64,000 nt of DNA, taken from positions 960,001 through 1,024,000 of the forward strand of contig CAXXHO010000003.1 of NCBI GenBank assembly GCA_963667725.2, given 5' to 3'. How positions within the stretch are numbered: position 1 is the stretch's first letter; each line of letters starts with the position of its first letter. A model generated the notes under the pieces. It had not been told where the DNA came from, made no database searches, and worked only from the letters and a program-made list of their open reading frames with translations. Below are positions 36,295 through 46,246 of this stretch, one piece after another. Position numbers and translations under genes: made by a program. The DNA comes from Treponemataceae bacterium (GTDB lineage Bacteria > Spirochaetota > Spirochaetia > Treponematales > Rectinemataceae).

Positions 36295-36786
36295 TCAGTC
36301 TTCCTGGTTCTGGCTGTCCGCCAGGGCTGAAGTCAGGGAGCGGAATCGTTCCTCGTTTTCGGCCGAAAGCATGCTCAGCTCCTTGTGGGCATCCAGAAGG
36401 AAGCTGACACTAAGCGCCTCCTGCGCCGCGAGTTCCGTTTTTTCCGCGGGCTCCGGGCAGGATTCGTCGGAGAACTCCAGCATTTTCGTCATTCCCATGG
36501 TTCTGAACAGGCTCATGCACTGCGCGTTGGCGTGATGTATCACAGGCTGGCCAATTCCGAGATTATGGGCCGTCTTGGCCAGGTAAACGATGAGACCCAG
36601 GAAGGTCGAGTCCATATAGAGGCAGTCGGAAAAATCGAAACGAAGAGAGCGCAGGCTCGAGTCCGGTCCCAGAAAGGCCTGAAGCTTGGCCTTGAGTTCA
36701 GGGCAAAGCGTTGCCGTGATATGACCGACAGGGATGATGACGAGACTCGTATCCTTTAAACCGAAAAAAATCTGCTCTGCTGTCAT
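36295..36786 (-). CDS. STAS-domain protein (anti-sigma factor antagonist-like)
   Basis: FDFSDCLYMDSTFLGLIV, LFRTMG and the C-terminal LDAHKELSMLSAENEERF. Confidence 0.8.
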   Translation of the reverse strand: MTAEQIFFGLKDTSLVIIPVGHITATLCPELKAKLQAFLGPDSSLRSLRFDFSDCLYMDSTFLGLIVYLAKTAHNLGIGQPVIHHANAQCMSLFRTMGMTKMLEFSDESCPEPAEKTELAAQEALSVSFLLDAHKELSMLSAENEERFRSLTSALADSQNQED

Positions 36787-36835
36787 AACCTTCTTCTTTC
36801 GTTCCGTTCCAGTCCGCTGGAAGCGTTTTTTCGCC

Positions 36836-36864
36836 TTGTAGAGTAACCGTCCGATACGTATAAT
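36836..36864 (+). promoter_or_regulatory. Sigma70 promoter of mutS, probably leaderless
   Basis: TTGTAG-17 nt-TATAAT ending 8 nt before ATG 36873. Confidence 0.65.
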
Positions 36865-36872
36865 TCAAGCCT

Positions 36873-39515
36873 ATGCCCGAACGCCTTGCAATGCTGGATC
36901 AATACCGCAGAATTAAAGCGCGTTATCGCGACGCCATCCTCTTTTTTCGCCTCGGTGATTTTTACGAGATGTTTTTCGAGGACGCGATCGTAGCCAGCTC
37001 CCTCCTCGATCTCACGCTCACGAAGAGGCAGGGGCAGCCCATGTGCGGGATTCCCTATCACGCGTATAAGCCCTACATCGCGAGGCTGCTCAAGGCAGGC
37101 AAGAAAGTAGCCATCTGCGAACAGCTTACGGCGCCAGGTTCCAAGGGAATAATTGAACGCGACGTCATCGAAGTCGTGACGCCCGGGACGACCATCGAGG
37201 AAGATTTCATCGATCACGCGTCCAATAATTATCTCGCAAGCCTCTGCAGCCTCGAGGGGCGGATGTGCATCGCCTGTCTCGATGTGTCCACCGGCGAATT
37301 CAGGGCTTATTCCAGCATGGAGGAGGGCGGGGGCGGCTCCGAAGCAGGGGCTGGAGCCGGATCCGGCGCAGAATTCCTTCGATCGGAGCTGTACAGACTG
37401 GCGCCGAGGGAAATCATCATCCAGCAGTCTTTATACGAGCGCCCCGAAATGGGAGCGATCATCCGGGAGATGGAAGGAATCCTCGTGGAACGCCGCCCGG
37501 ACTGGAGTTTCGACAGAGTGAAAGCCTTGGGGGAACTCAAGGAACGTTTCGGCGTAGCCTCCCTGAAAGGCTTCGGCTTTTCCGACGAAGCGCCGGAACT
37601 AGCCGCCGCGGGGATTCTTCTGGAATACCTGGACGAGAACGCCAAGACGCGAAGTCCCCATATCAGATCCCTTCTTCCCTATGACAGGGACGATCATCTT
37701 TCGCTGGATGAAGCCACTCGCAGGAACCTGGAACTCGTAAGGAACCTCTCCGATTCGGGGAAGCGGGATACGTTGCTTTCAGTGCTGGACAAGACAAAGT
37801 GCGCCGGGGGATTCAGGCTGCTGAGGCAATGGATACTCCAGCCGCTGCGGCGGAAAGGGCTCATCGAGGCCCGTCTGGATGCCGTGGAATACCTGTACCG
37901 GGATCAGCTTCTCCTCAACGATCTGCGCAGGCGACTGGGCGCCGTCCTGGATTCCGAACGTCTCATCGCGCGTCTCGCCATGGATAAAGCCCATGCCAAG
38001 GACCTGCTGGCCCTCGGGGATTCTCTGCGGGCTTCGCTCTCCATAGGCGACCTGCTGAAAGACAGGAGCGCGCCAGCTCTCCTCACCGAGGGCCTGGACG
38101 AGGAGGTGGAGAAAAGCTGCGCGCTGGTCTCAGGCATCATCGATCGTTCGATCAAGGAAGATCCTTCGATTCTCCTCACCGAGGGCAATCTCATGATGGA
38201 TGGATACAGCGCGGAACTGGATCATCTCCGCTCCGTCAAGAAGGATTCCACCCAGATTCTCGAGGAATATCTCGAGGAGGAAAAGAACGGATCGGGCATC
38301 CAGAATCTTCGGATACGCTACAATAAAATCATCGGATACTATCTTGAAGTGTCCAAGGGCAAGATCGACGCCGTGCCGGCGCACTTCATCCGGCGCCAGT
38401 CCCTTGTCGCGGGCGAGCGCTACACGACCGATCGCCTGGCTGAAATAGAGAGCGAAATCAACGGCGCCACGGAGAAAATCGCCGAGCTGGAAAAAAGACT
38501 CTTCCTTGAAGTCAGGGAAAGCCTGAAAATCCATATAGAGTCGATGGAACGCCTGGCGCGCGTCATCGCCGCCACCGATTGTCTCGCCTCGTTCGCCGAA
38601 ACGGCCACGGAGGGAGCCTATTGCAGGCCCGAACTTCTCGAAGAGTCGGTCATATCGATCAAGCAGGGGCGCCATCCCGTCGTGGAGGCCTGCCTTCCCG
38701 CGGGCGATTTTGTGCCGAACGACCTGGAGCTGGATACGGAAGGCGCCTGCTTCGCTCTCATCACCGGACCCAACATGGCGGGAAAGTCCACGATTCTCAG
38801 GCAGACCGCCCTCATCACCCTCATGGCCCATATCGGTTCCTTCGTGCCGGCGGAAACGGCCAGAATTGGGATCACGGACAAGATTTTCTGCCGCGTGGGC
38901 GCCCAGGACAATCTCGCGAGGGGAGAGAGCACCTTCCTCGTGGAGATGCATGAAACGGCCTATATCCTCAATACGGCGACTCCCCGAAGCCTTGTCATCA
39001 TGGACGAGGTGGGCAGGGGAACCGGGACGCTCGACGGCGTCTCCATCGCCTGGGCGGTGAGCGAGCAGCTTCTGGACGCCGTGCGCTGCAGGACGCTTTT
39101 CGCCACCCATTACCACGAACTCACCTCGATAAGCCATCCCCATCTGGTCAATCTCAGCATGGCCGTCCTCGAAAACGAGGGCGAAATCGTCTTCTTAAAG
39201 CGGCTAAAGGAAGGAGCGGCGGCCGGGTCCTACGGACTGCATGTCGCGAGGCTGGCCGGCATTCCCGAAGAAGTCCTCGCCCGGGCCAAGGCGCTGCAGA
39301 AGAGGTTCGTCAGTTTCGAGCGGAGCCTCTCGCCGCTGGCGGAAGCCGAACCCCCTGCCGTCGCGTCCCCTCGGATAAGGGAGCGGCAGCCCTCGCGCGA
39401 ACTGTTCTCGGCCGACGACATGGCGATCGCGAAACTCAGGGGCATCGATCCGGATCGCATGACCCCTCTGGAAGCCCTTCAGTTTCTTTCCGAACTCAGC
39501 GCGACGCTCCGCTGA
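36873..39515 (+). CDS. mutS: DNA mismatch repair protein MutS
   Basis: FFRLGDFYEMF, GPNMAGKST, STFLVEM, DEVGRGT, ATHYHEL and SYGLHVARLAG. Confidence 0.97.
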   Translation: MPERLAMLDQYRRIKARYRDAILFFRLGDFYEMFFEDAIVASSLLDLTLTKRQGQPMCGIPYHAYKPYIARLLKAGKKVAICEQLTAPGSKGIIERDVIEVVTPGTTIEEDFIDHASNNYLASLCSLEGRMCIACLDVSTGEFRAYSSMEEGGGGSEAGAGAGSGAEFLRSELYRLAPREIIIQQSLYERPEMGAIIREMEGILVERRPDWSFDRVKALGELKERFGVASLKGFGFSDEAPELAAAGILLEYLDENAKTRSPHIRSLLPYDRDDHLSLDEATRRNLELVRNLSDSGKRDTLLSVLDKTKCAGGFRLLRQWILQPLRRKGLIEARLDAVEYLYRDQLLLNDLRRRLGAVLDSERLIARLAMDKAHAKDLLALGDSLRASLSIGDLLKDRSAPALLTEGLDEEVEKSCALVSGIIDRSIKEDPSILLTEGNLMMDGYSAELDHLRSVKKDSTQILEEYLEEEKNGSGIQNLRIRYNKIIGYYLEVSKGKIDAVPAHFIRRQSLVAGERYTTDRLAEIESEINGATEKIAELEKRLFLEVRESLKIHIESMERLARVIAATDCLASFAETATEGAYCRPELLEESVISIKQGRHPVVEACLPAGDFVPNDLELDTEGACFALITGPNMAGKSTILRQTALITLMAHIGSFVPAETARIGITDKIFCRVGAQDNLARGESTFLVEMHETAYILNTATPRSLVIMDEVGRGTGTLDGVSIAWAVSEQLLDAVRCRTLFATHYHELTSISHPHLVNLSMAVLENEGEIVFLKRLKEGAAAGSYGLHVARLAGIPEEVLARAKALQKRFVSFERSLSPLAEAEPPAVASPRIRERQPSRELFSADDMAIAKLRGIDPDRMTPLEALQFLSELSATLR

Positions 39516-39567
39516 AGCAAAGCGTTCCGTTGAAGCAAAACGCTTTATCGGACGCGTCCATAGGCTG

Positions 39568-40344
39568 ATGAATGTAAAGCCTGTAAATGTCTTTAAAGCC
39601 TTGGCCTCGACCGTCGCCGGGTGGGTCGTCCCCCATTATTGCGCCGTATGCGGCGAGCGCGTGGACGCGTCTATCGCGACAGACGCGTCAGACGCGACAG
39701 ACGCGGCGGAGGAGGAGGGGAACCCCACTCTTTCGATACCCCTTTGCACGCGCTGCGGGGCGAAACTGACGCGGATAGGCGGCCGTCGCTGCAGGGTATG
39801 CGGCCAGGAGCTTTATTCCGAGCAGGATATCTGTTATGGATGCAGAGATATCGAGCGATCCTGTCCCGAAATCTACCCGCTCTTCAAATATTCCGGGCTG
39901 CCGGCCGTTCTCATGAGAGAATACAAGTCCTCGAAACGACGCTCCCTCGCGCCGTTCTGGGCTAGCCTCCTCTCCGAGGTAATCGATTCCCGCTGGCCCG
40001 GCAGAACCATAGTTCCCGTGCCTCCTCGCCCCGAGAAGATAAGGCGGAGAGAATGGGACCAGGTGGAGGCAATCGTCGCTGCGCTGGAGAAGAGGGGCTA
40101 TCGCGTCGAGCGAATCCTTGAGCGGCATGCCGGCGCACAGCAGAAAAAGCTGAACAAGGCCATGAGGAAGACGAATGCCGAGAAGGCATATTCGGTCATT
40201 CCCGCCAGAGTCTCCCGAATGCCGGCCGATCTCATTCTCATGGACGATGTCTACACGACGGGCGCCACGATCGAAGCGTGCGCCAAAGCCCTGCGCGAAA
40301 ACGGAGCCGTAAATGTCTGCGCCCTCGTCATCGCCGCGGATTGA
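39568..40344 (+). CDS. comF: ComF family protein (zinc ribbon plus phosphoribosyltransferase-like domain)
   Basis: CAVC/CTRC/CRVC/CYGC, VPVP and LMDDVYTTGATIEAC. The exact start is uncertain. Confidence 0.88.
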   Translation: MNVKPVNVFKALASTVAGWVVPHYCAVCGERVDASIATDASDATDAAEEEGNPTLSIPLCTRCGAKLTRIGGRRCRVCGQELYSEQDICYGCRDIERSCPEIYPLFKYSGLPAVLMREYKSSKRRSLAPFWASLLSEVIDSRWPGRTIVPVPPRPEKIRRREWDQVEAIVAALEKRGYRVERILERHAGAQQKKLNKAMRKTNAEKAYSVIPARVSRMPADLILMDDVYTTGATIEACAKALRENGAVNVCALVIAAD

Positions 40345-40414
40345 CGTCCTTCCCCAAAAGGTCTTTAGGCTTTATGCGGGCGTCACGGCCGCCCTGGCGA
40401 TATCCTTCTGGCTA

Positions 40415-40443
40415 TTGACTAACCCATTGTAGAATACTACTAT
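40415..40443 (+). promoter_or_regulatory. Sigma70 promoter of the rimP-nusA-infB operon
   Basis: TTGACT-17 nt-TACTAT in an AT-rich intergenic region. Confidence 0.65.
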
Positions 40444-40484
40444 AACGGCATGTAAAAAGCGCATGATTCTTTTTAGAAATAAGG

Positions 40485-40511
40485 AGAGTCGTTCTACGAC
40501 TCTTTTTTTTT
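40485..40511 (+). terminator. Intrinsic terminator in the rimP leader (candidate attenuator)
   Basis: agagtcgt-tct-acgactct followed by a T run, lying between the promoter and the rimP start. Confidence 0.7.
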
Positions 40512-40589
40512 GGTTTGATCTCCAGCATGCTGAGAGTTCAAATCTATCCGTTGCCGGACAATATCCGGAACAAATGCAGGCGAGGCGGC

Positions 40590-41039
40590 GTGGCGGACGA
40601 CAAAGATTTGGAACCAAGGATCGAAGAGATCCTGGGGAACGCGGGATTGCATCTCCTTGATTTTTCGCTTTTCAAGCACAAGGGGGGCATCAAGGTTAAG
40701 GCGGTCGTATATTCGCCTTCTGGGACGGGGACGGATGAATGCGCGAAGGCGCACAGACTCATTCTCCCCCAAATTCAGCTCGCTTTCGATGCGCAAACTC
40801 CAGATATTGAAATTTCGAGCCCAGGCATAGACAGGATCATCAAATCGTCGAGGGAGTGGAAGGCCTTCGTCGGCAAGGCGGTCAAAGTGCTGCTGCATGG
40901 CCGTGAAGAATGGATCACCGGGGAGCTGACCGGGTATTCCGAAGGGAAAATCAGTTTTTCCGTCGCGGGAGAACCAGTCACCATCGACATTTCATCCATC
41001 GCGAAAGCGCGCTTGGATTCTTCGCATAAGGGAGAGTAA
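40590..41039 (+). CDS. rimP: Ribosome maturation factor RimP
   Basis: GTDECAKAH, IEISSPGIDR and IAKARL. Immediately upstream of nusA; the GTG start is inferred. Confidence 0.88.
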   Translation: MADDKDLEPRIEEILGNAGLHLLDFSLFKHKGGIKVKAVVYSPSGTGTDECAKAHRLILPQIQLAFDAQTPDIEISSPGIDRIIKSSREWKAFVGKAVKVLLHGREEWITGELTGYSEGKISFSVAGEPVTIDISSIAKARLDSSHKGE

Positions 41040-41042
41040 GCA

Positions 41043-42506
41043 ATGGCATCTGACATGGCGGAAGCCATTCGACAGCTGATCAGCGAGAAGGGCATTTCCG
41101 AGGAACTCATCGTCAATACGCTGCAGGAAGCCCTGCTCGCGGCATATAAGAAGAAATTCGGAACGAGCGAAAACGCCATCATTCGCTTCCGGGACAACTA
41201 TGAAGGCGTGGATATCTACGCCAAGAAAGTCATCGTGGCCGATGACGACCTGGAGGACGAGGTTCTCCAGATGACGCTGGAAGAGGCTCATGATTACGCA
41301 GAGGACGCCGAGGTCGGCGATATTCTCGAAATGCCCGTCGATCCCCAGGAATTTGATCTCCAGTCCGTCATGGTGGCGAAACAGACGACCAGGCAGAACT
41401 TCCGCGATATCTCGCGCGACACCCTCTACGCCGAATACAAATCGAAGCAGGGCGAGCTGATAATCGGCTACTTCCAGCGCGAAAGGAACAATGTCATCTA
41501 TGTCGACCTGGGCAAGGTCGAGGGCATTTTCCCCAAGAAATATCAGTCCCCCAGGGAAGCCTACCACGTCGGCGACCGCATCAAAGCCCTTATTTACGAA
41601 GTGGACAAGGGAAAGAACGGTCTTCAGATCATTCTTTCCAGGAGCCATGCCGAGTTCGTGACCAAGCTTCTCGAGCTGGAAATACCGGAAATCTACGACA
41701 AGACGATAGAGATTTTCAAAATAGTCCGCGAGCCCGGCTACAGGACAAAGGTGGCCGTATTCTCCAAGAGGGACGATGTGGATCCGGTGGGCGCCTGCGT
41801 CGGCCCCAAGGGAATGCGCAGCCAGCTCATAAGCCAGGAGCTCGAAGGGGAGAAGATAGACTTCGTCAAATATGATGTCGATTCCCGTCAGTTCATCAAG
41901 AACGCCCTGTCGCCCGCGGAAGTGAAGACCGTCCATATCATGGACGAGGCCAAGCACACGGCGCTGGCCATCGTGGCCGACAAGGAACTCTCGATAGCGA
42001 TCGGCAAGATGGGGCAGAACGTGAAGCTCGCCAATCGCCTCTGCGACTGGAATATCGATGTGAAGACCGAAGAGCAGTATCTGCAGGACGGCAGGAACAT
42101 CGAACTCAAGCGCGCGGCCGACAGCCTGTTCTCCGACACCAATGAGCAGATCGAAGAGGAAGCGGAAGAATCCGTTCTCCTGTCCGACCTGCCTGGCATG
42201 AAGCCCGAGTGGCTTTCGGCTATGGACGCCGCCGGAGTGAGCCTTGTCGAGGACTTCCTTGAAAAGGACGATGAGGAACTCGCAAGAGTATCCGGTCTGT
42301 CCATCGAGGAAATCCAGATGATCCAGGGCATCATCGAGGAAAATATCGAGATCGTCCAGGAAGAGACCGAGGATTCAGCCGAAACGGCATCCGATGAATA
42401 TACCTGCCCGGATTGCGGCACGGCGGTCACTCCCGACATGAAGAATTGCCCATCGTGTGGCGTTGAACTGAGTTTTGAATATAATAGCGACGACCAGCAA
42501 GCGTAA
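41043..42506 (+). CDS. nusA: Transcription termination factor NusA with a C-terminal acidic region and double-CxxC zinc ribbon
   Basis: S1 and KH domains (REPGYRTKVAV, DPVGACVG, AIGKMGQNVKLA). C-terminal CPDC-x10-CPSC. Confidence 0.96.
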   Translation: MASDMAEAIRQLISEKGISEELIVNTLQEALLAAYKKKFGTSENAIIRFRDNYEGVDIYAKKVIVADDDLEDEVLQMTLEEAHDYAEDAEVGDILEMPVDPQEFDLQSVMVAKQTTRQNFRDISRDTLYAEYKSKQGELIIGYFQRERNNVIYVDLGKVEGIFPKKYQSPREAYHVGDRIKALIYEVDKGKNGLQIILSRSHAEFVTKLLELEIPEIYDKTIEIFKIVREPGYRTKVAVFSKRDDVDPVGACVGPKGMRSQLISQELEGEKIDFVKYDVDSRQFIKNALSPAEVKTVHIMDEAKHTALAIVADKELSIAIGKMGQNVKLANRLCDWNIDVKTEEQYLQDGRNIELKRAADSLFSDTNEQIEEEAEESVLLSDLPGMKPEWLSAMDAAGVSLVEDFLEKDDEELARVSGLSIEEIQMIQGIIEENIEIVQEETEDSAETASDEYTCPDCGTAVTPDMKNCPSCGVELSFEYNSDDQQA

Positions 42507-42516
42507 AAGGTAGGAT

Positions 42517-45500
42517 ATGACGGATAATACCGAGAACTCTCAGAAGAAAGTCCATCTCATCAAACAGCCGAAACCGGCCCAAGGCGAGGTACCCGCGACG
42601 CAGGTTCCTGTTTCGCACGAAAAGCCAGAAGAAGAAGCCCAGGCCGAGAGGAAGAAGGTTGTCGTGGTGAAGAAAAAGATCGTGCTGAAGAAGGTGCAGG
42701 CTAAAGTCGTCGCCCATCACGATCTTGAAGGCGGAGAGCAGCCTGCTGAGGTCGTTCAGGTTCCAACTGTTCAGGTCCAGCATGAAAAGACCGCCGCTCA
42801 GCCATCTGAGAAGTTGTCGACTCACGTTCACCATACGGCCGAGCAGGCAACAAGTCCTGCCGCTCCTCCGAGCATGGCGCGGCCCGAAGCCGGGCTTTCG
42901 CGCGACGAAGGTTCGAGCGCGGACCAGAAAAAAGCTCCCGTATCCGTTCTCGCCGCCTTAGGCGAAGCGGCCGCGACCGCATCGACCGCCGCGTCGGTTT
43001 CTCCCGCGGCAGCGACGGAAAATGCGCCATCCTCGCCTTCCGCCCATGACGCTTCCGCAGCGCCGGCGGCAAGCAGGCCGGCTGATGCTTCCGCGTCCTC
43101 TCCTGCCGGTCAGCCGGCACGACGCGACCCCCCTATGAGACCAGCTCAGCCGGCCAGACCGGCTTCATCAGCCAATCAGACTCCTCCGCAGCCAGGCTCG
43201 TCCCCGAGCGGCTATCGCGGAAGCTATCAAAGCAACCCGGCAAGACCTCACGGGACTGCCGGAACCGTCGGCGGCTACCCCGCCAACCGAACTCCGGGCG
43301 ATTCACCCAGGCCTTCCGGCTATCAGGGCAGAAGTGGCGGATATCAGGGACCCTCGGGCTCAGGTGGATACCAAGGTCCCGGCGGTTACCAGGGGCAGGG
43401 CGGCCAGAGTTCGGGCGGCTACCAGGGCGGTTACAGGGGGAATTCCTCTCAACCCTACGATCCCAACAGGCCGAGGCCTCAGGGCTACCAAGGCTCGGGC
43501 GGCTACCAAGGTACAGGCGGTGGCTATCAGGGCCAGGGCGGCGGCCAGAGTTCGGGCGGCTATCAGGGCGGCTATAGAGGGAATTCATCCCAGCCTTACG
43601 ATCCCAACCGACCGAGGCCTCAGGGCTACCAAGGTTCGGGCGGCTACCAGGGTTCTGGAGGCGGCTACCAGGGCACCGGCGGCGGCTATCAAGGGCAAAG
43701 GCCCTATCAGGGTTCCGGAGGATACCAAGGATCCGGAGGCTATCAGGGATCTGGTGGTTACCAAGGCCCTCCGGGAAGCTTTCCCGGGACAAGACCTCAG
43801 TATCCATCTTCGGCCCCGGGCGGATACCCGCGCGGTCCCCGTCCTCAAGGCCCAGGCGGCCCCGGCGCTCCCGGCGGCTATCGTCCCGGCTACCCCGCGC
43901 AGGGCAGACCGGCGGGCAGGGGCGGCAATATGTCGGGCGGACCGAGAGGCGGCGGCTATGGCGGCGCCCGCGGTCCTGCCAATGGTCCTTCTCCCCTCGA
44001 AAGCAGCAAGACAGCCCAGCGCAAACCGGCTCCGAGAAGAAAGCCGGGCTTCGTCCGACGCGAGGATGTGGAACTAGAGAAGGAACTTCAGCTCAAGAAG
44101 AAGGCCGAGGCTCGCGCCATCGCCATTCCCAAGTCCATCGACATCATGGAAAATATCTCCGTCAGCGATCTGGCGAAGAAAATGAATATTAAGCCGGCCG
44201 AGCTCATCGGCAAGCTCATGGCGCTCGGCGTCATGGCTACGATCAACCAGAAAATTGACGCCGAAACGGCGACGATCCTCGCCAGCGAATACAACTGCGA
44301 AGTCAAGATCGTCAGCCTCTATGACGAGACGGTCATCGAAAAGGAAGCCGAGAATCCCGACGACCTCCGTGCCCGTCCGCCCATCGTCACCGTCATGGGA
44401 CATGTCGACCATGGAAAGACGAAACTGCTGGACGCCATCAGGAAAACCGATGTCGTGGCCCACGAATACGGCGGGATAACCCAGCATATCGGCGCATACC
44501 AGGTGGTTACGGCCAAAGGCAACAAGATCACCTTCCTGGACACGCCGGGACACGCCGCGTTCACGAAGATGCGCGCCCGTGGCGCCCAGATTACCGATAT
44601 CGTCATCCTTGTGGTTTCGGCCGTCGAAGGCGTCATGCCCCAGACGAAGGAAGCCCTCGATCACGCCAAGGCCGCCAAGGTTCCCATCATTGTGGCCATC
44701 AACAAGATCGACTTGCCCGAATCCAATCCGGACAGGGTCAAGACTCAGCTTTCCGAGATGGGCCTGATTCCCGAGCAGTGGGGCGGCACGACACAGTTCT
44801 GCGAGATTTCCGCCCTTCAGAAAAAAGGTATTCCCGAACTGCTCGACGCCATACTGCTGCAAGCCGAGATACTCGAACTGCAGGCCAGCTACAAGCGCCT
44901 GGCGGAAGCCAAGATTGTCGAATCACGCATCGATCAGGGCAGAGGCATTGTCGCCACCATCATCGTGGCCACGGGAACCCTGCGCATCGGCGATTCCTTC
45001 GTGGCAGGCATCTACCCCGGAAGGGTAAGGGCCATGTTCGACGACAAGGGCAACCGCGTCGAAGAAGCGACGCCCTCCACGCCGGTCGAGGTTCTGGGTT
45101 TCGAAGGCATACCCAACGCCGGCGATCCCTTCGAGGTCGTTGAAGAGGAAAAATACGCCCGCGCCATCTCCGACAAGCGCCAGGAACTCAAGAAGTACGA
45201 AGAAGGAAAGAACGTCAAGAAAGTCACCCTGGACAACCTCTACGAGACGATTTCGGCCGGAGAGGTCCAGGAACTCAAGGTGATCATAAAGGGCGACGTC
45301 CAGGGCTCCGTCGAGGCGCTCAAGGGCATGCTGGAGAAGCTTTCCACCAAGGAAGTGCGCCTGAATGTCCTGCGCGCGGCCGCCGGCGCCATCTCGGACG
45401 ACGACGTCATGATGGCTTCCGCCTCGGATGCCATCATCATAGGCTTCAACGTACGGCCGATCGCTTCGGCCAAGCTGCTCGCCGACAGGGAAAAAGTCGA

Positions 45501-45912
45501 TATCAGGAAGTACAACATCATCTACAGGGCCCAAGAGGATATCCTCAAGGCCATGGAAGGCATGCTGTCTCCCGAGCTCAAGGAACAGGAAATCGGCAAG
45601 GCCGAAGTGCGGAACATATTCAAGGTCCCGAAGATCGGCATCATCGCCGGTTGTTACATGCTTGAGGGCGCCGTGCACAGAAACAGCCAGGTGCGCGTCA
45701 TCCGCGACGCCATCGAAATTTTCCAGGGTAAGATCAATTCGCTCAGAAGGTTCAAGGACGACGCCAAGGAAGTGGTCGCCGGCTACGAGTGCGGTATTGG
45801 AATCGAAAACTGCAACGACCTCAAGGAAGGCGACATGCTCGAGATCTACGAAACGGTCGAAGTGGCGCGTACCCTTGGGAAAGCTGAAGGCAATGGATCA
45901 GATAAGGCTTAG
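42517..45912 (+). CDS. infB: Translation initiation factor IF-2 with a long low-complexity N-terminus
   Basis: [39 protein letters not shown] and GYECGI. Confidence 0.97.
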   Translation: MTDNTENSQKKVHLIKQPKPAQGEVPATQVPVSHEKPEEEAQAERKKVVVVKKKIVLKKVQAKVVAHHDLEGGEQPAEVVQVPTVQVQHEKTAAQPSEKLSTHVHHTAEQATSPAAPPSMARPEAGLSRDEGSSADQKKAPVSVLAALGEAAATASTAASVSPAAATENAPSSPSAHDASAAPAASRPADASASSPAGQPARRDPPMRPAQPARPASSANQTPPQPGSSPSGYRGSYQSNPARPHGTAGTVGGYPANRTPGDSPRPSGYQGRSGGYQGPSGSGGYQGPGGYQGQGGQSSGGYQGGYRGNSSQPYDPNRPRPQGYQGSGGYQGTGGGYQGQGGGQSSGGYQGGYRGNSSQPYDPNRPRPQGYQGSGGYQGSGGGYQGTGGGYQGQRPYQGSGGYQGSGGYQGSGGYQGPPGSFPGTRPQYPSSAPGGYPRGPRPQGPGGPGAPGGYRPGYPAQGRPAGRGGNMSGGPRGGGYGGARGPANGPSPLESSKTAQRKPAPRRKPGFVRREDVELEKELQLKKKAEARAIAIPKSIDIMENISVSDLAKKMNIKPAELIGKLMALGVMATINQKIDAETATILASEYNCEVKIVSLYDETVIEKEAENPDDLRARPPIVTVMGHVDHGKTKLLDAIRKTDVVAHEYGGITQHIGAYQVVTAKGNKITFLDTPGHAAFTKMRARGAQITDIVILVVSAVEGVMPQTKEALDHAKAAKVPIIVAINKIDLPESNPDRVKTQLSEMGLIPEQWGGTTQFCEISALQKKGIPELLDAILLQAEILELQASYKRLAEAKIVESRIDQGRGIVATIIVATGTLRIGDSFVAGIYPGRVRAMFDDKGNRVEEATPSTPVEVLGFEGIPNAGDPFEVVEEEKYARAISDKRQELKKYEEGKNVKKVTLDNLYETISAGEVQELKVIIKGDVQGSVEALKGMLEKLSTKEVRLNVLRAAAGAISDDDVMMASASDAIIIGFNVRPIASAKLLADREKVDIRKYNIIYRAQEDILKAMEGMLSPELKEQEIGKAEVRNIFKVPKIGIIAGCYMLEGAVHRNSQVRVIRDAIEIFQGKINSLRRFKDDAKEVVAGYECGIGIENCNDLKEGDMLEIYETVEVARTLGKAEGNGSDKA
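43318..43770 (+). repeat. GGYQG repeat array containing a 141-nt (47-aa) tandem duplication within infB
   Basis: [38 protein letters not shown] occurs twice (starting ~43399 and ~43540). 17 YQG motifs counted. Confidence 0.9.
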
Positions 45913-46246
45913 GCGGCTCGAAGAGCTACTGCGCGAGGAAATCGCGGCGCTCATCTCATCGGGCGAAATCAGGGATCCGCGCGTCGGGTCCCTGGTCTCC
46001 GTCACTCGCGTGGAAGCCAACCGAGACGGCTCCACCGCGAAGGTCTGGGTGAGCTGCATCACGGAAGACGATAAGGAACTCTACGCCGCCGTCGATGGAC
46101 TCACCAGCGCGGCGGGTTTCATACAGTCCCAGATAGCGCGAAGGGTGAGGCTCCGCCTCACTCCCGTCCTTCATTTCGTGGCCGACCTGGGCATCAGGGA
46201 AGGCTTCGAGATGACCGAAAAGATAAAGGGTCTCCTCAAGGAATGA
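45893..46246 (+). CDS. rbfA: 30S ribosome-binding factor RbfA
   Basis: IRDPRV, VTRVE, AKVWVS, AAGFIQ and LRLTPVLHFVAD. Confidence 0.93.
   Translation: MDQIRLRRLEELLREEIAALISSGEIRDPRVGSLVSVTRVEANRDGSTAKVWVSCITEDDKELYAAVDGLTSAAGFIQSQIARRVRLRLTPVLHFVADLGIREGFEMTEKIKGLLKE

Noticed and set aside
39513..39546. Short direct and inverted repeat after mutS (tgaagcaaa x2; aaagcgtt/aacgcttt)
   Set aside because: The stem is weak with a large loop and only a short T tract, too ambiguous to call a terminator or operator.
43318..43770. CRISPR array or mobile repeat
   Set aside because: The repeats are in-frame coding repeats of infB with third-position variation. There is no constant repeat/unique spacer pattern and no cas gene.
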